Shown here: positions 39,179-52,071 of the stretch, piece by piece | How the letters are laid out: the number at the start of each line of letters is the position of its first letter | Position numbering within the stretch: position 1 is the stretch's first letter | Assembly (NCBI GenBank): GCA_964016885.1 | Contig: OZ024763.1 | Coordinates: 11,408,001-11,472,000, forward strand | Source of the DNA: Eledone cirrhosa | Lineage: Eukaryota | Length of the DNA: 64,000 bases | Reading direction: 5' to 3' | Program-made: the position numbers and the translations under genes | The notes under the pieces: generated by a model | What the model saw: the letters and a program-made list of their open reading frames with translations, nothing else | What the model was told of the DNA's origin: nothing | Database searches by the model: none

Positions 39179-39849
39179 TATATATATAACAAATGCACTT
39201 AGTGTATTATTATCATTGACTTTTATATATGTATTTTTTATATGTAATGTTTCATTATTCCATTATGAAATAGAAACATCTGTTGAAGAACACAAAATGG
39301 CCAACAAAATCTCATTTTGCAACAAATAAAAAAATGTAAAAATAATCCTTGTTTGAAAAAATTTTTAATCGGTGAATTGTTGGTTTTAAATTTTAAAATT
39401 TTAAATTATTTTCGATATTTTATAAAATGTAACGTTAGAAGATTAATGACAATATTAGAGAAAAAATATAGTATTTCTCTCAGAATATAGAAATGTTGTT
39501 GCAAAGCTTTGGAAAATAACAGAATAAATTGTATTGTATGATCCATTGAAATATTTGAGAAGTCTCATTGTTTTTATAGTTAGCAATTATTAACTCTTAA
39601 TGTCCTGTACCACACGAAACTGCATTAGCAAGACATTCTTGAAAAGTACAAAACAGCACTATGACTGCATCACATTACCAATTAAAGTCTCTACTCTAAT
39701 ACTGTAAATGTTCCCAACAATCTGTCCACCATAAAAGATACTATAAACATTTGAATTAACAAACCACATGAAACCACATTAACAAAACATTCTTCAAAAG
39801 TACAAAACAACACTATGGCTGTATCACATACAGTATTAAAGTCTCTAAT

Positions 39850-40280
39850 CTTCTTCTTCTTCTTCTCCCACTTATTTCTGAAAGCACCGAGGGGGCAGAG
39901 TCCTCAACCCTCCCTCCAGTGGGTCCTGTCAGAAGCAACCAACCCAAACTGATCCAGCTGGATCCCCAAGCATGACCAGTCAAGCTCATTGATGTTATTC
40001 AACCATCTTGCTTGGAGTCTACTCCTGGATCTCCGACTGGTTGGTTTCACCTCTAAAATCTGTCCAGTGATTCTTTCCTGAGACATTCTAACCACATGTC
40101 CATAGTATCAGAGCTGTGATCTCTCCGGAGAAATAGCAGCTCTACCTGGAGTGACTCTCTGATCTCCGAGCTACACACTTTATCAAGTAACATTACTCCA
40201 AAGACCCTTCGGGGGAACCCCGTTTTGGCCGCTTGTATTCGCGATCATATTCTTTCGGTCATTACTGAAGATTCATTACC
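39850..40280 (-). pseudogene. Decayed RTE-like 3' fragment with (GAA)n tail
   Basis: GHVVRM.QER....ILE..PT.RR.R.R...RW motif. Confidence 0.65.
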
Positions 40281-40762
40281 ATATGCAGAGCAGTAGAAGT
40301 CGATGGTAACTGGGGAGTGGAGAGACCCAAGAAGACGTGGGATGAGGTGATAAAAGCCGACCTTACCCAATTACACCTCTCAAAGGTGATGACACATGAC
40401 TGTGACCTCTGGCATCACGCAGTAATACAAAAGATCCGACCCCCACGGGGACAAGCCGAAGCTGAAACATATAGACAATATGCCCCCACACCCTCCCACT
40501 GCAAAGTGGTCGTGGAGGCAAAAAAGCACCCAGCCCACACTGTAAAGTGGACGTGGAGGTGTCACGGAAAAAAAACACCCTGCACTCACTGTAAATGATG
40601 TTGGTGTTAGGAAGGGCATCCAGCTGTAGAAATCAAGCCAGAATCAGTTCTGTATGAGCAAGACATGGTCACCTGACCTGGCATTGCCCACAACAGGACA
40701 ACACGTCTAACCCATGCTAGCGTGGAAGAACGGACGTAAAAATGGTGATGATGATGATGATG
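40281..40762 (+). mobile_element. 3' end of RTE family A/B
   Basis: RPKKTWDEVIKADLTQLHLSK plus 3'UTR and (GAT)n. Confidence 0.85.
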
Positions 40763-41777
40763 TAAGGGTTGGCACAAAAACTGAATTGAAGACAGTTTCT
40801 CTCTAATCTGATACTGTAAATGTTCACAACAATCGGTCCCCAGTAAAGACTCTATAAACAGTTAAATTAACAAACCCATGTTAACACATCTTTTGCTAAA
40901 TCATTGCTGAATATTAAGAGTTAAACTTCTAAGAAAAAGGTAAGAGGAAATTATGGTGAAGGTTGTTAATCTGTTGTCATTAATATTGATCAATACTCAT
41001 TGATTTGGTTTTCAATAAATCACATCACAGGCAAAGCAATATATCAAACATCAGAGCAGACTACTCGATTCTCTGAAATATTGAACACATTAATTTGTTT
41101 CTGTATGTCGTCTTATGAATAATATATATCATCATCATCACAGTTTTATGTCAATTTTTCCACACTAGCATGGGTTAGACAGGATGTCCTGTTGTGGGCA
41201 ATGCTAGGTCAGGTGACCATGTCTTCCACATACAGGAATGATTTTGGCTTGGTTTCTACAGCTGGATGCCCTTCCTAACACCAACCTCATTTACAGTGAG
41301 TACTGAGTGCTTTTTTGTTGTGTTACCAGCACAGCCACCTTACAGTGTGGGCTGGGCACTTTTTGCCATGTCACCATCACCACCATTATACAGTGTGGAC
41401 TGGGGGCTTCACTGGATGCATACTTTAAAATATATATAAATATATAATAGCTGATTTCACCCTTTTACAGGATCTTCTGAAACTGTTTCAGAAGATCCCA
41501 TAAAAGAGTGAAAGCAGCTATTCTTTGCTTAAACTTTAATCTGTACTTATAGTAAATATTTACTCTATGGGTTTTTATATATATATATATTTCACTACCC
41601 CTACTCCACCTTTCCACTCCCGCCAACAACACCCTTTTCGATGTAAAGTTATGTTGGTACTCAAGGTGACTATTTTGAAGAAGATAATGTTAAAAATTAG
41701 GTAAATATATTAGTGCTGTTTTTAAACATAACTAGTCTGGGAACTTTTTGGTACCACCTCATTTACATATATATATA

Positions 41778-42165
41778 TATCATCATCATCATCATTTTAC
41801 GTCCGCTTTTCCCTTTTTTGCAAGGGTGGACGGGAACTGATTCTGAGACGGGAACTGATTCTGGCTTGATTTCTACAGCTGGATGCCCTTCCTAACACCA
41901 ACCTCATTTACAGTAAGTGCCGGGTGCCTTTTTTTCCGTGGCGCCTACACGACCACTTTACAGTGTGGGCTGGGTGCTTTTTTTGCCGTGGCACCTCCAC
42001 GACCACTTTACAGTGGAATGATAGGGACCCCAGTCCTATCATCTCATTTCTACAGCTGAGTAAACTGGAACAATGTGAAATAAAGTGTCTTGCCCAAGGA
42101 AACAACACATCACCAGTCTGAGAATTGAACTCACAACCTTTCAATTACAAGGCCAATGCTTTAAC

Positions 42166-42168
<3 letters not shown>
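41778..42168 (-). mobile_element. SINE family 2
   Basis: Reverse complement of 15208-15692. Confidence 0.8.
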
Positions 42169-42209
<41 letters not shown>

Positions 42210-42211
<2 letters not shown>

Positions 42212-43397
42212 GTGGTTACACAACAGTTAGTTCACCATACCGAGAACAATTGTTTCACCTTAGCGGATCCTCAGCTCGTAATGGACATAGTTATACGGAA
42301 CAGGAAGGACAACCGTACGAACGCGCATGCGCAGAAACGGTCACTTCACTCAGGCAATACTAAATTGTGTGCGAGGGGTGTAAGGGAGATAACCGTGAAA
42401 GTCCGAAAGTTTCTAGTTGATAAGAAAATTAGAATGTTGTTGTAATTCAATCCGGAGCTTTGTAGTTATGTAAGAGGTGTTTCCCGACAGGTGGACAACG
42501 TGTGAAGAATTCGTTTCTTGAGTTTAGGCAATCGCTATTGCGTAATCTCTTTAGAATATTTATTCGTTCATCAATACACAGTCCACACGACGGATTTCCC
42601 CTTGCGTATGGCTTGGACTTAGTGATGGCTTTCCATTGAATGGAGTAGTCTATACTTGAGTCCTTGAGGGACCATACGTGGCTCGCGAGTTTCGTGGATG
42701 AACGTCTGTCCGGGTACCTAAAGTTCGACTGGTGGTTCAGGAAGTGTTCCTTAAATCGGCCCTCCGCCATGCCCACATAGGATTTGACCTCCTGTTGTTG
42801 ATTTGGTCGATTGGAAGTGACCACAGTTTCATAAACTACAGCGGGTGTGTTGCATTATTGTTTAAGGTGACAAGCTTCGGGCTTATGGCAAGAGCACCCT
42901 GGTGGGGTGTTGCTCTTAGGGCTGCTGGTGACATGGGCCTTCATGTTCTTAGCGCAGGAATATCCTAGTTTTACTTTGTGTCGGTTAAAGATGGAGCGGT
43001 ATTTATGACCTATGGGAAAGTGTCTATCTAAGAGGGCTAGAAATGTTTTGCTTACATTGGTTTTAACGTTGAGTGAGAAGGGAGGAGAGAACCAGATAGT
43101 TTTTCTATTGTTACGCTTTGTTTTCTTATTGCTGTTGTTGTTAGTGGGAGAGTAAGTGATAGGTTGTGAGAAGCCGCTGTTAGCTGACGCCGTGTTATAG
43201 TAGGGTGCCGCCCTGTCAAAGATAGTCTTTCCGACAAAACTAATAATATTTACGAAATCGACAACACCACTTACAGCCACTTGGCCCATACTTCCAAATA
43301 TAAGAAAGCTAACCCTATGGCCGACCACAACATTAACAAAGAAGCTAAAGAACTTGCCGCCGCCCTTAAGGTAGATAAGAAGCTACAGTCTCTAGCT
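42210..43397 (-). mobile_element. Penelope-like element remnant: RT C-terminus + linker + GIY-YIG endonuclease + terminal repeat; inverted N-terminal RT piece at 43230-43397
   Basis: WFSPPFS..TNV.K.FL..L..HFP..H....FN...VK..YSC; CSC.....C....C....VVY; SYVG.AE..FK...NH; C.LC..E; LNSRNE; flanked by (TA)n; has stop/frameshifts. Confidence 0.85.
42241..42278 (-). ncRNA. Minimal type-I hammerhead ribozyme motif downstream of the PLE ORF
   Basis: cgag-CTGAGGA-tccgctaaggt-GAAA-caattg-TT-ctcg, same strand as the GIY-YIG ORF. Confidence 0.85.
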
Positions 43398-43473
43398 AAT
43401 ATATGTATATATACCTAACTCGTCCCATGGACTGAGTGTTCTACCACTATGGATATTACCTTCCAGTGTTCTA

Positions 43474-43503
43474 CTATATATATATACATACATACATATA
43501 CAT

Positions 43504-43558
<55 letters not shown>

Positions 43559-43579
43559 CATACATATATATATATACAT

Positions 43580-43630
<51 letters not shown>

Positions 43631-43666
43631 CATATATACATATATATATATATATATTTACATATA

Positions 43667-43738
<72 letters not shown>

Positions 43739-43813
43739 CATATACATACATATATATATATATATATAAATATAAATACACATATATATATATATATATA
43801 TATAAATATAAAT

Positions 43814-43897
<84 letters not shown>

Positions 43898-44014
43898 GTA
43901 CATATATATATATATATGTACATATATATTATATATATACATATATACATATATATACATTTATATATATATGTACATATATATATATGTACATATATAT
44001 TATATATTTCCATT

Positions 44015-44045
<31 letters not shown>

Positions 44046-44052
44046 ATATTTA
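43474..44052. repeat. (TA)n microsatellite
   Basis: TA/TACA. Confidence 0.95.
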
Positions 44053-44505
44053 TTAAAGGGTTAAGAAAAGAATGGGTGTGCATGTAAAGACTCTGCTTGA
44101 ATCTATTGGCAGTTAACCTTATGTAGGCCCTACTAGACGTGGGTGTTTCGACCTTAAATTTGAAACACCCACATCTAGAATATTAGTCTACGACTCCATT
44201 TATACCATAAACGTGGTTTTGTTTTTGCGTGTATCTGTTCTCATCGCTCCACATAATGACGTATTATCTTCACTTTTTTCCGTTCATTGCCAGGGAATGT
44301 CTTCACAAACCAAAGCATCGTCTTCCTCTTTTCCTTCGGTTGCAACGTTTTTCGAAATATTTACTTCTGCGTTCACAAATTGAATTTTTTTTAGTTTCAG
44401 AAGATCCCGTTTAGTGTAAATGCAGCGATTCTTTGCTTAAACTTTAATCTGTTATTTTAATAAATATTTGCACATATACATATACACAGATATATATGTA
44501 TACAC

Positions 44506-44537
<32 letters not shown>

Positions 44538-44562
44538 GTGTGTGTATACATATATATCTGTG

Positions 44563-44614
<52 letters not shown>

Positions 44615-44810
44615 AACACACACCAAACAAGAAGTCGGCCATTATCTTAAGGCATTGAATCATTCCTAATTAACAACAACCCCTAAGAGGGCCACCAATG
44701 CCACCACCTCCTCCATAGCCACCAATTCAGTCAACCATGCAACATTTATCTCAAATCTTCTGGTTTCACAACCAGTTTGTTTTATATATAGTTTTGTATG
44801 CTTTTATTAC

Positions 44811-44871
<61 letters not shown>

Positions 44872-44896
44872 ATATTAATAAATTAAATATAACCTC

Positions 44897-44935
<39 letters not shown>

Positions 44936-45113
44936 AAACTATATGTGTATATATATATAGGGTAGATACACACACACTCACACACATATATATATATGGT
45001 GTCTATATACATACATATAGATAGTATACATTTATACATATATATACTATCTATATATATGCATATGTATGTATAAACACCATATACAGATATGTGTGTG
45101 TGGGTGTGTATCC

Positions 45114-45165
<52 letters not shown>

Positions 45166-45211
45166 GGAAATGTTCAAGACCCCGACGGCAGAGCTCAAGC
45201 CGTTTCGACGG

Positions 45212-45244
<33 letters not shown>

Positions 45245-45346
45245 CATTCCTTTATAGTTTTATTTTTATTTTTGTTTATTTTTATATGTTGATATATTTC
45301 ATTTTATTGTTTTTAAGTTTATATTTTGTTATTAAGCAATATATTC

Positions 45347-46806
45347 TTTGTTGTTGTTGCTGCTGTTGTTGCTGTTGTTGTTGTTGGTAGTGATGATGGT
45401 GGTGGTGTTGGTGGTAGTGGTGGTGGTGTTGTGTTGGTGGTGGTGGTGTTGTTGGTGGTGGTGTTGTTGGTGTTGTTGTTGGTGTTGTTGGTGTTGTTGT
45501 TTTTGGTGTTGTTGTTGTATGTTGTTGTATGTTGTTGTTGTATGTTGTTATGTTGTTGTTGTTGTATGTTGTTGTTGTTGTTGTATGTTGTTGTTATGTT
45601 GTTGTTGTTGTTGTATGTTGTTGTTGTATGTTGTTGTTATGTTGTTGTTGTTGTATGTTGTTGTTGTATGTTGTTGTTGTATGTTGTTGTTGTATGTTGT
45701 TGTTGTATGTTGTTGTTGTATGTTGTTGTTGTTGTTGTTGTATGTTGTTGTTATGTTGTTGTTGTATGTTGTTGTTGTATGTTGTTGTTGTATGTTGTTG
45801 TTGTATGTTGTTGTTGTATGTTGTTGTTGTTGTTGTATGTTGTTGTTGTATGTTGTTGTTGTATGTTGTATGTTGTTGTTATGTTGTTGTTGTTGTATGT
45901 TGTTGTTGTATGTTGTTGTTATGTTGTTGTTGTATGTTGTTGTTGTTGTATGTTGTATGTTGTTATGTTGTTGTTGTATGTTGTTGTATGTTGTTGTATG
46001 TTGTTGTTGTATGTTGTTGTTATGTTGTTGTTGTATGTTGTTGTATGTTGTTGTATGTTGTTGTTGTATGTTGTTGTTGTATGTTGTTGTTGTATGTTGT
46101 TGTTGTATGTTGTTGTTTATGTTGTTGTTGTATGTTGTTGTTGTATGTTGTTGTTGTATGTTGTTGTATGTTGTTGTTGTTGTATGTTGTTGTATGTTGT
46201 ATGTTGTTGTTATATGTTGTATGTTGTTGTTGTATGTTGTTGTTGTATGTTGTTGTATGTTGTATGTTGTTGTTATGTTGTTGTTGTATGTTGTTGTTGT
46301 ATGTTGTTGTATGTTGTATGTTGTTGTTGTATGTTGTATGTTGTTGTTGTATGTTGTTGGTGTATGTTGTTGTTGTATGTTGTTGTTGTATGTTGTTGTA
46401 TGTTGTGTGTTGTTGTTGTGTTGTTGTTGTATGTTGTTGTATGTTGTTGTATGTTGTGTGTTGTTGTTGTGTGTTGTTGTTGTATGTTGTTGTTGTATGT
46501 TGTTGTATGTTGTTGTTGTATGTTGTTGTATGTTGTTGTTGTATGTTGTTGTTGTATGTTGTTGTATGTTGTTGTATGTTGTTGTATGTTGTGTGTTGTT
46601 GTTGTGTTGTTGTTGTATGTTGTATGTTGTATGTTCTTGTTGTATGTTGTTGTTGTATGTTGTTGTATGTTGTTGTTGTATGTTGTTGTTGTTGTATGTT
46701 GTTGTTGTATGTTGTTGTATGTTGTATGTTGTATGTTGTTGTGTGTTGTTGTTGTTGTATGTTGTTGTATGTTGTTCTATAGTGTTGTTGTTGTTGTTGT
46801 TGTTGT
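45347..46806. repeat. (GTT)n/(GTAT) cryptic simple repeat
   Basis: GTT runs punctuated by GTAT; yields C/V/L/M/Y ORFs in all three frames. Confidence 0.95.
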
Positions 46807-46911
46807 ACTGTCTTTATTCCAGTTGTATGAAATCTAATTATCACCTCATACCAACAAATCATGTGAAATCATTCCTAAAACTAACATCAACGGCACTGGA
46901 CACTCTTCCGC

Positions 46912-47174
46912 ATACATATTGTATACATATATATATATATATTGTACACACCTATATATATATATATTGTACACACCTATATATATGTATTGTATATATA
47001 TATATTGTACACTCATATATATATATATATACATATTGTATACATATATATATATATATTGTACACTCATATATATATATACATATTGTATACATATATA
47101 TATATATTGTACACACCTATATATATATATATAGAACACGCCTATATATATTGTATATATATATATTGTACACA

Positions 47175-47232
<58 letters not shown>

Positions 47233-47769
47233 ACACTCATATATATATATACATATTGTACATATATTGTATACATATGTATGTATTGTATACACATATA
47301 TACAGTCACGCAGACACACATGTGTATCTGTGACTATAAGTACACACACACACACATATATATATACATTTATATACACATACATGTGTGTGTATATGTG
47401 TATAGTGGTAAAAACCAGGTTATATTTGTAGGTTATATACTACGTATATATATATATATATGTGTGTGTGTGTATATACATTTATATATATATGTGTGTG
47501 TGTATGTATATATATATATATATATATACATTTATATATATATATGTGTGTGTGTATGTATATATATATATATATATATATATACATTTATATATATATA
47601 TGTGTGTGCGTGTGTATGTGTGTATGTATATATATATACATTTATATATATATGTGTGTGTGTATGTGTATGTATATATATATATATATATATATACATT
47701 TATATATATATATGTGTGTGTGTATGTGTATGTGTGTATGTATATATATATACATACACACACATACAT

Positions 47770-47815
<46 letters not shown>

Positions 47816-47900
47816 ATGTGTGTGTGTGTGTATGTTTGTATGCATGTGCATATTTGTGAATACATGCACATATACACCATACACATAAATATATGTCTGT
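46912..47900. repeat. TA/TG compound microsatellite
   Basis: attgta(ca)(ta)n and (ta)n(tg)n units. Confidence 0.9.
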
Positions 47901-48277
47901 GTGTGTGTACGTGCATATTAGTATGTGTTGGGATGTGGGGATTGGAAGGGCTGAAAGTCCCAGAGAAATGGTAAGAAAGCTGCAAATTGATTGATGCATG
48001 CTAGAGGAAATAACAAGATCTTTAATTACTGAAGCTGGGGGGCGCGTGAGAGGGGAGGAATTTCCTTAACTGAAAGCTAACTATAAAAGACCCCTGATTT
48101 ATACAAAATTTAGTGCTAATTCGTCGATTCTCTGGGGCCCCTTCACAATTTTTCAGGTCCAACTGTGCTTCCATATATTATTCCATCCCGGTAAGTCAGT
48201 TCCTCTGTATTATTGTTGTTGTTGTTGTTGTTGTTTGTATTATTTTTCAGGTATTCATTGTCACATGTCGTAATATA

Positions 48278-48335
<58 letters not shown>

Positions 48336-48367
48336 TTATTGCTGGCCTTGTGCCAAAAGTAGAAACA

Positions 48368-48449
<82 letters not shown>

Positions 48450-48454
<5 letters not shown>

Positions 48455-48617
48455 GTTTCTACGTTTGGCACAAGGCCAGCAATAACCCAGTACATTACTG
48501 GTACTTTATTTTATCGACCCCCGTAAGGATGAAAGGCAAAGTTAACCTTAGCGGGATTTGAACTCAGAATGGCAAGGGCCGTAACTCTATACATCAAAGC
48601 ATGGCATCCGACCCTCT
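48450..48617 (-). mobile_element. SINE family 1
   Basis: Core match; an inverted tail fragment lies at 48336-48370. Confidence 0.8.
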
Positions 48618-48914
48618 TTGTTTCGACACACGGTTTCATATCAAAAACCTCGCAAAACAAATTCATCGCCATTATATATATATATATTATATATATATAT
48701 AATTATATATATATATATATAATTATATATATATATAACAATATGACCCTCCCCAAGTATAACAATACATATATATATATATATATGTCTGTGTATATAT
48801 ATATATATATATATTAAGGATCGATCGACTTTCGTCAAGTCGGACCGAGGAAACAATGTTTCCGCTGGTCTTTCCAGTTGCTAATACTATCTATCGGTCG
48901 CAACTCCAGGTAGA

Positions 48915-49030
48915 AGGAGCAACGTGAAATAAAGTGTCTTGCTCAAGGACATAACGCATCGCCTGGTCCAGGAATCGAACTCACAACCTCAAGATTGTGA
49001 ATCCAATTCTCTAACCACTCAGCCACACAC

Positions 49031-49032
<2 letters not shown>
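48915..49032 (-). mobile_element. SINE family 2 head
   Basis: aagtgtcttgctcaagg..gaatcgaactcacaacc..ctaaccact. Confidence 0.75.
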
Positions 49033-49085
<53 letters not shown>

Positions 49086-49841
49086 CACACACATATATAC
49101 ACACACACACACATATGAAAACTTTTTATTGAGTATATGATAATTGATCTGGTTCAGTTGAAAATAATTAACATATTTAAAAAACAGAGTGGCTCAAAGG
49201 AATATAAATTAAAATAATGGACAATATATACAACATCATATATGTATAAATGCATATAGGAATATATATATATAGAATTCACAAGAATCAAAGCTATGTT
49301 CAAAGCATTTATTCACTTACAATTGTTTCATCCAAACCTAGGCTTGGAGTCTTCGGAGTATTTTTCAATGTTTGTACACATAATTGACTTCCTTTCCAAC
49401 GCAAGAGACATACAGATACATATGTATATATTGATGTACAGTGGATTGACATATACTATATTATATTATTTCTGTATAGCAATTCAAATTGCTATACAGA
49501 AATAATACTACTCTTTGGTCTACAGGTGCATACTCAGAGCGAGCTACTTTTCTCCTAAAATAAGCCTCAAAAATCCACCATGTGTCCTGGAGGCCGAAGG
49601 TTGTTTATTATTTGTTTTCAAATTTTTGGTTGTCAAAATTAGGGTGGGTCCTCGAGGACAAAGTGTCTTCAGCACCGGGAAATACGGTATATATGTGATT
49701 ACATGTGTGTATATATATATATATATATAAATAAAATCCAAAGAGGGCTCGATAAGGATAAATATATATCAGATATATAAGAACCGTAGAGCAAATATTT
49801 ATTAAAATAACAGATTAAAGTTTAATCTGTTATTTTAATAA

Positions 49842-49875
<34 letters not shown>

Positions 49876-50144
49876 GTGTGTGTTTACATGTATATATATA
49901 TGTATGTGCTTACATGTGTATATATGTATGTTTTTATATGAGTATATATATATATGTGTGTGTTTATATCTGTCTTATATCTGTATTTTTGACCATTGGT
50001 CAGTCAATGGGAAACATTGAAGACTGAATGAATTAACTGTGGAAATATAAAAGATACAGAAGTGAAAACCAACCAAACAGTGAGGTGTGTTCTGTTATTA
50101 TTTCTGGCAATATTATTACACCAATATGACCCTCCCTAAGTATA

Positions 50145-50208
<64 letters not shown>

Positions 50209-50373
50209 AATTAGTATATCTACCAATATATTTATACAGATGTATACTTACGCTAGCAAAGATATAGGTTTTGTCTTAGTAACTTTGTGGTTCAATACAA
50301 AGAGATGTAGAACAATTATATAAAAGACATAAAATAAGAAAATTATAGTAATTAACTTACTTACTTAAATTTC

Positions 50374-50455
50374 ACTCCAACTAATTAGTTTCTGAAAGGG
50401 GATATACATAGTCTTCAAATAGAGACTATGGAGAATCCTTTCTTCATCAGGGAGT
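50374..50455 (-). ncRNA. Hammerhead motif, left arm
   Basis: Reverse complement of the 50710-50791 motif. Confidence 0.75.
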
Positions 50456-50709
50456 TATTCTCGGCTAAGATTCCTGGCAATACGCAGACACAGGGAATTT
50501 ATACAAAAATAATTCAGTGGATGGAAAAAAGCAAGCGCGGACTAAATCCCAAGACACTGAAAATTATTTTGAATTTGCCACTGACCAGGGAGGCAGTGAA
50601 ATTTTCAGTGTCTTGGGATTTAGTCCGCGCTTGCTTTTTTCCATCCACTGAATTATTTTTGTGTAAGTTCCCTGTGTCCGCGTATTGCCAGGAATCTTAG
50701 CCGTGAATG

Positions 50710-50791
50710 ACTCCCTGATGAAGAAAGGATTCTACATGGTCTCCATTTGAAGACTATGTATATCCCCTTTCAGAAACTAATTAGTTGGAGT
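50710..50791 (+). ncRNA. Type-I hammerhead motif with long stem II
   Basis: actcc-CTGATGA-agaaagg..tacatggtct..agactatgta..cctttca-GAAA-ctaattag-TT-ggagt. Confidence 0.8.
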
Positions 50792-50893
50792 GAAATTTAA
50801 GTAAGTTAATTACTATAATTTTCTTATTTTACGTCTTTTATATATATATATATATATATTAATAAATGGAAACTATATTTATAAAACCATAAT

Positions 50894-50958
50894 TATTTTA
50901 TTATATATATTTCAAGGGCTACCAAGGTAGTCTTGGTGCGCTTTCATCAGATAAAATA
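50894..50958 (-). ncRNA. Hammerhead motif, left arm
   Basis: Reverse complement of the 51079-51143 motif. Confidence 0.78.
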
Positions 50959-51078
50959 AAAGATTTGTTTTATAAATATTGACATACCCTTGGAAAAACA
51001 ACCTTGACGGTTGAAAGTTTGCTGGATAGTCAAGGTTGTTTTTCCACGATTATGTCAATATTTATAAAACAAATCTTG

Positions 51079-51143
51079 TATTTTATCTGATGAAAGTGCA
51101 CCAAGACTGCCTTGGTAGCCCTTGAAATATATATAATAAAATA
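51079..51143 (+). ncRNA. Minimal type-I hammerhead ribozyme motif
   Basis: tattttat-CTGATGA-aagtgcaccaag..cttggtagccctt-GAAA-tatata-TA-ataaaata. Confidence 0.82.
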
Positions 51144-51510
51144 ATTATGGTTTTATAAATATAGTTTCCATTTATTAATATATTGAATATTTACTCCATT
51201 AAACTGTTGATTGCTTTATATCAGTTATAAACTTTTAAGCTTGTTGGAATCCCAACAAATTATAACTTCTGCATATATATATATATGTGTGTGTGTGTAT
51301 ATATATGTATATATATGTATATATATGTGCTTACATGTGTATATATATATGTGCTTATATGTGTGTATATATATATATATGTGTATATATGTATGTGTTT
51401 ACATGTGTATATATGTATGTGTTTACATGTGTATATATGTATGTGCTTACATGTGTGCATGTGTATATGTATGTTTGATTACATGCGAATGTATATATGT
51501 TTGTGATTAC

Positions 51511-51571
<61 letters not shown>

Positions 51572-51867
51572 CCCATGGTGTGTGACAAATGGCTTCTAAA
51601 GACCCTTTTCTATATGTTACCAACTTTGTCCAATGGTTTACCTAAAAATAGTATTTAGTCATTAATCTTATTAATTGGTATGTCAATTAGTTGTATACTA
51701 TTAATTAATACATCCTGTCAACACCACAGCATGGACCCAGAGTTCATAAGACCCACAACAATTGTTTACAGAGCTCCTGTGGTGCAAGAGATGGGGCAAA
51801 ACTTTTCTACTTAAGACAGGTTTTTATTCCATTATATATCATTATTGCTAGTGCCTATCTTGTCATG

Positions 51868-51928
<61 letters not shown>

Positions 51929-52071
51929 CATCATCATCGTTTAACGTCCATTTTTCATACTAGCATGAGTTAGACGGGTCATCCCATTTGAGATAAGTTG
52001 GGTCAGGTGACCACGTCTTACTCATATAGAACTGTTTCTGGCTAGGTTTCTATGGCTGGGTGCCCTTCCAT

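Larger units (their letters stand above)
50317..50844. repeat. Long fold-back palindrome (~250-bp arms, ~34-bp spacer)
   Basis: 50317-50565 is the reverse complement of 50600-50844 with roughly ten mismatches and one small indel. Confidence 0.95.
50857..51180. repeat. Second fold-back palindrome (~150-bp arms, ~20-bp spacer)
   Basis: tattaataaatggaaac...ccttgac / gtcaagg...gtttccatttattaata. Confidence 0.95.

Noticed and set aside
41486-41525. Hammerhead in cagaaga-tccc..gagt-gaaa-gcagc-ta
   Set aside because: Core reads CAGAAGA in all three copies and stem I does not pair
44122-44198. Pre-miRNA-like hairpin (ctagacgtgggtgtttcga/ttgaaacacccacatctag)
   Set aside because: A short inverted repeat is real, but nothing in the sequence distinguishes it from a MITE remnant without small-RNA data
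45326-47333. Long Cys/Val-rich ORFs (keratin-associated or metallothionein-like)
   Set aside because: Simple GTT/GTAT repeat open in all three frames
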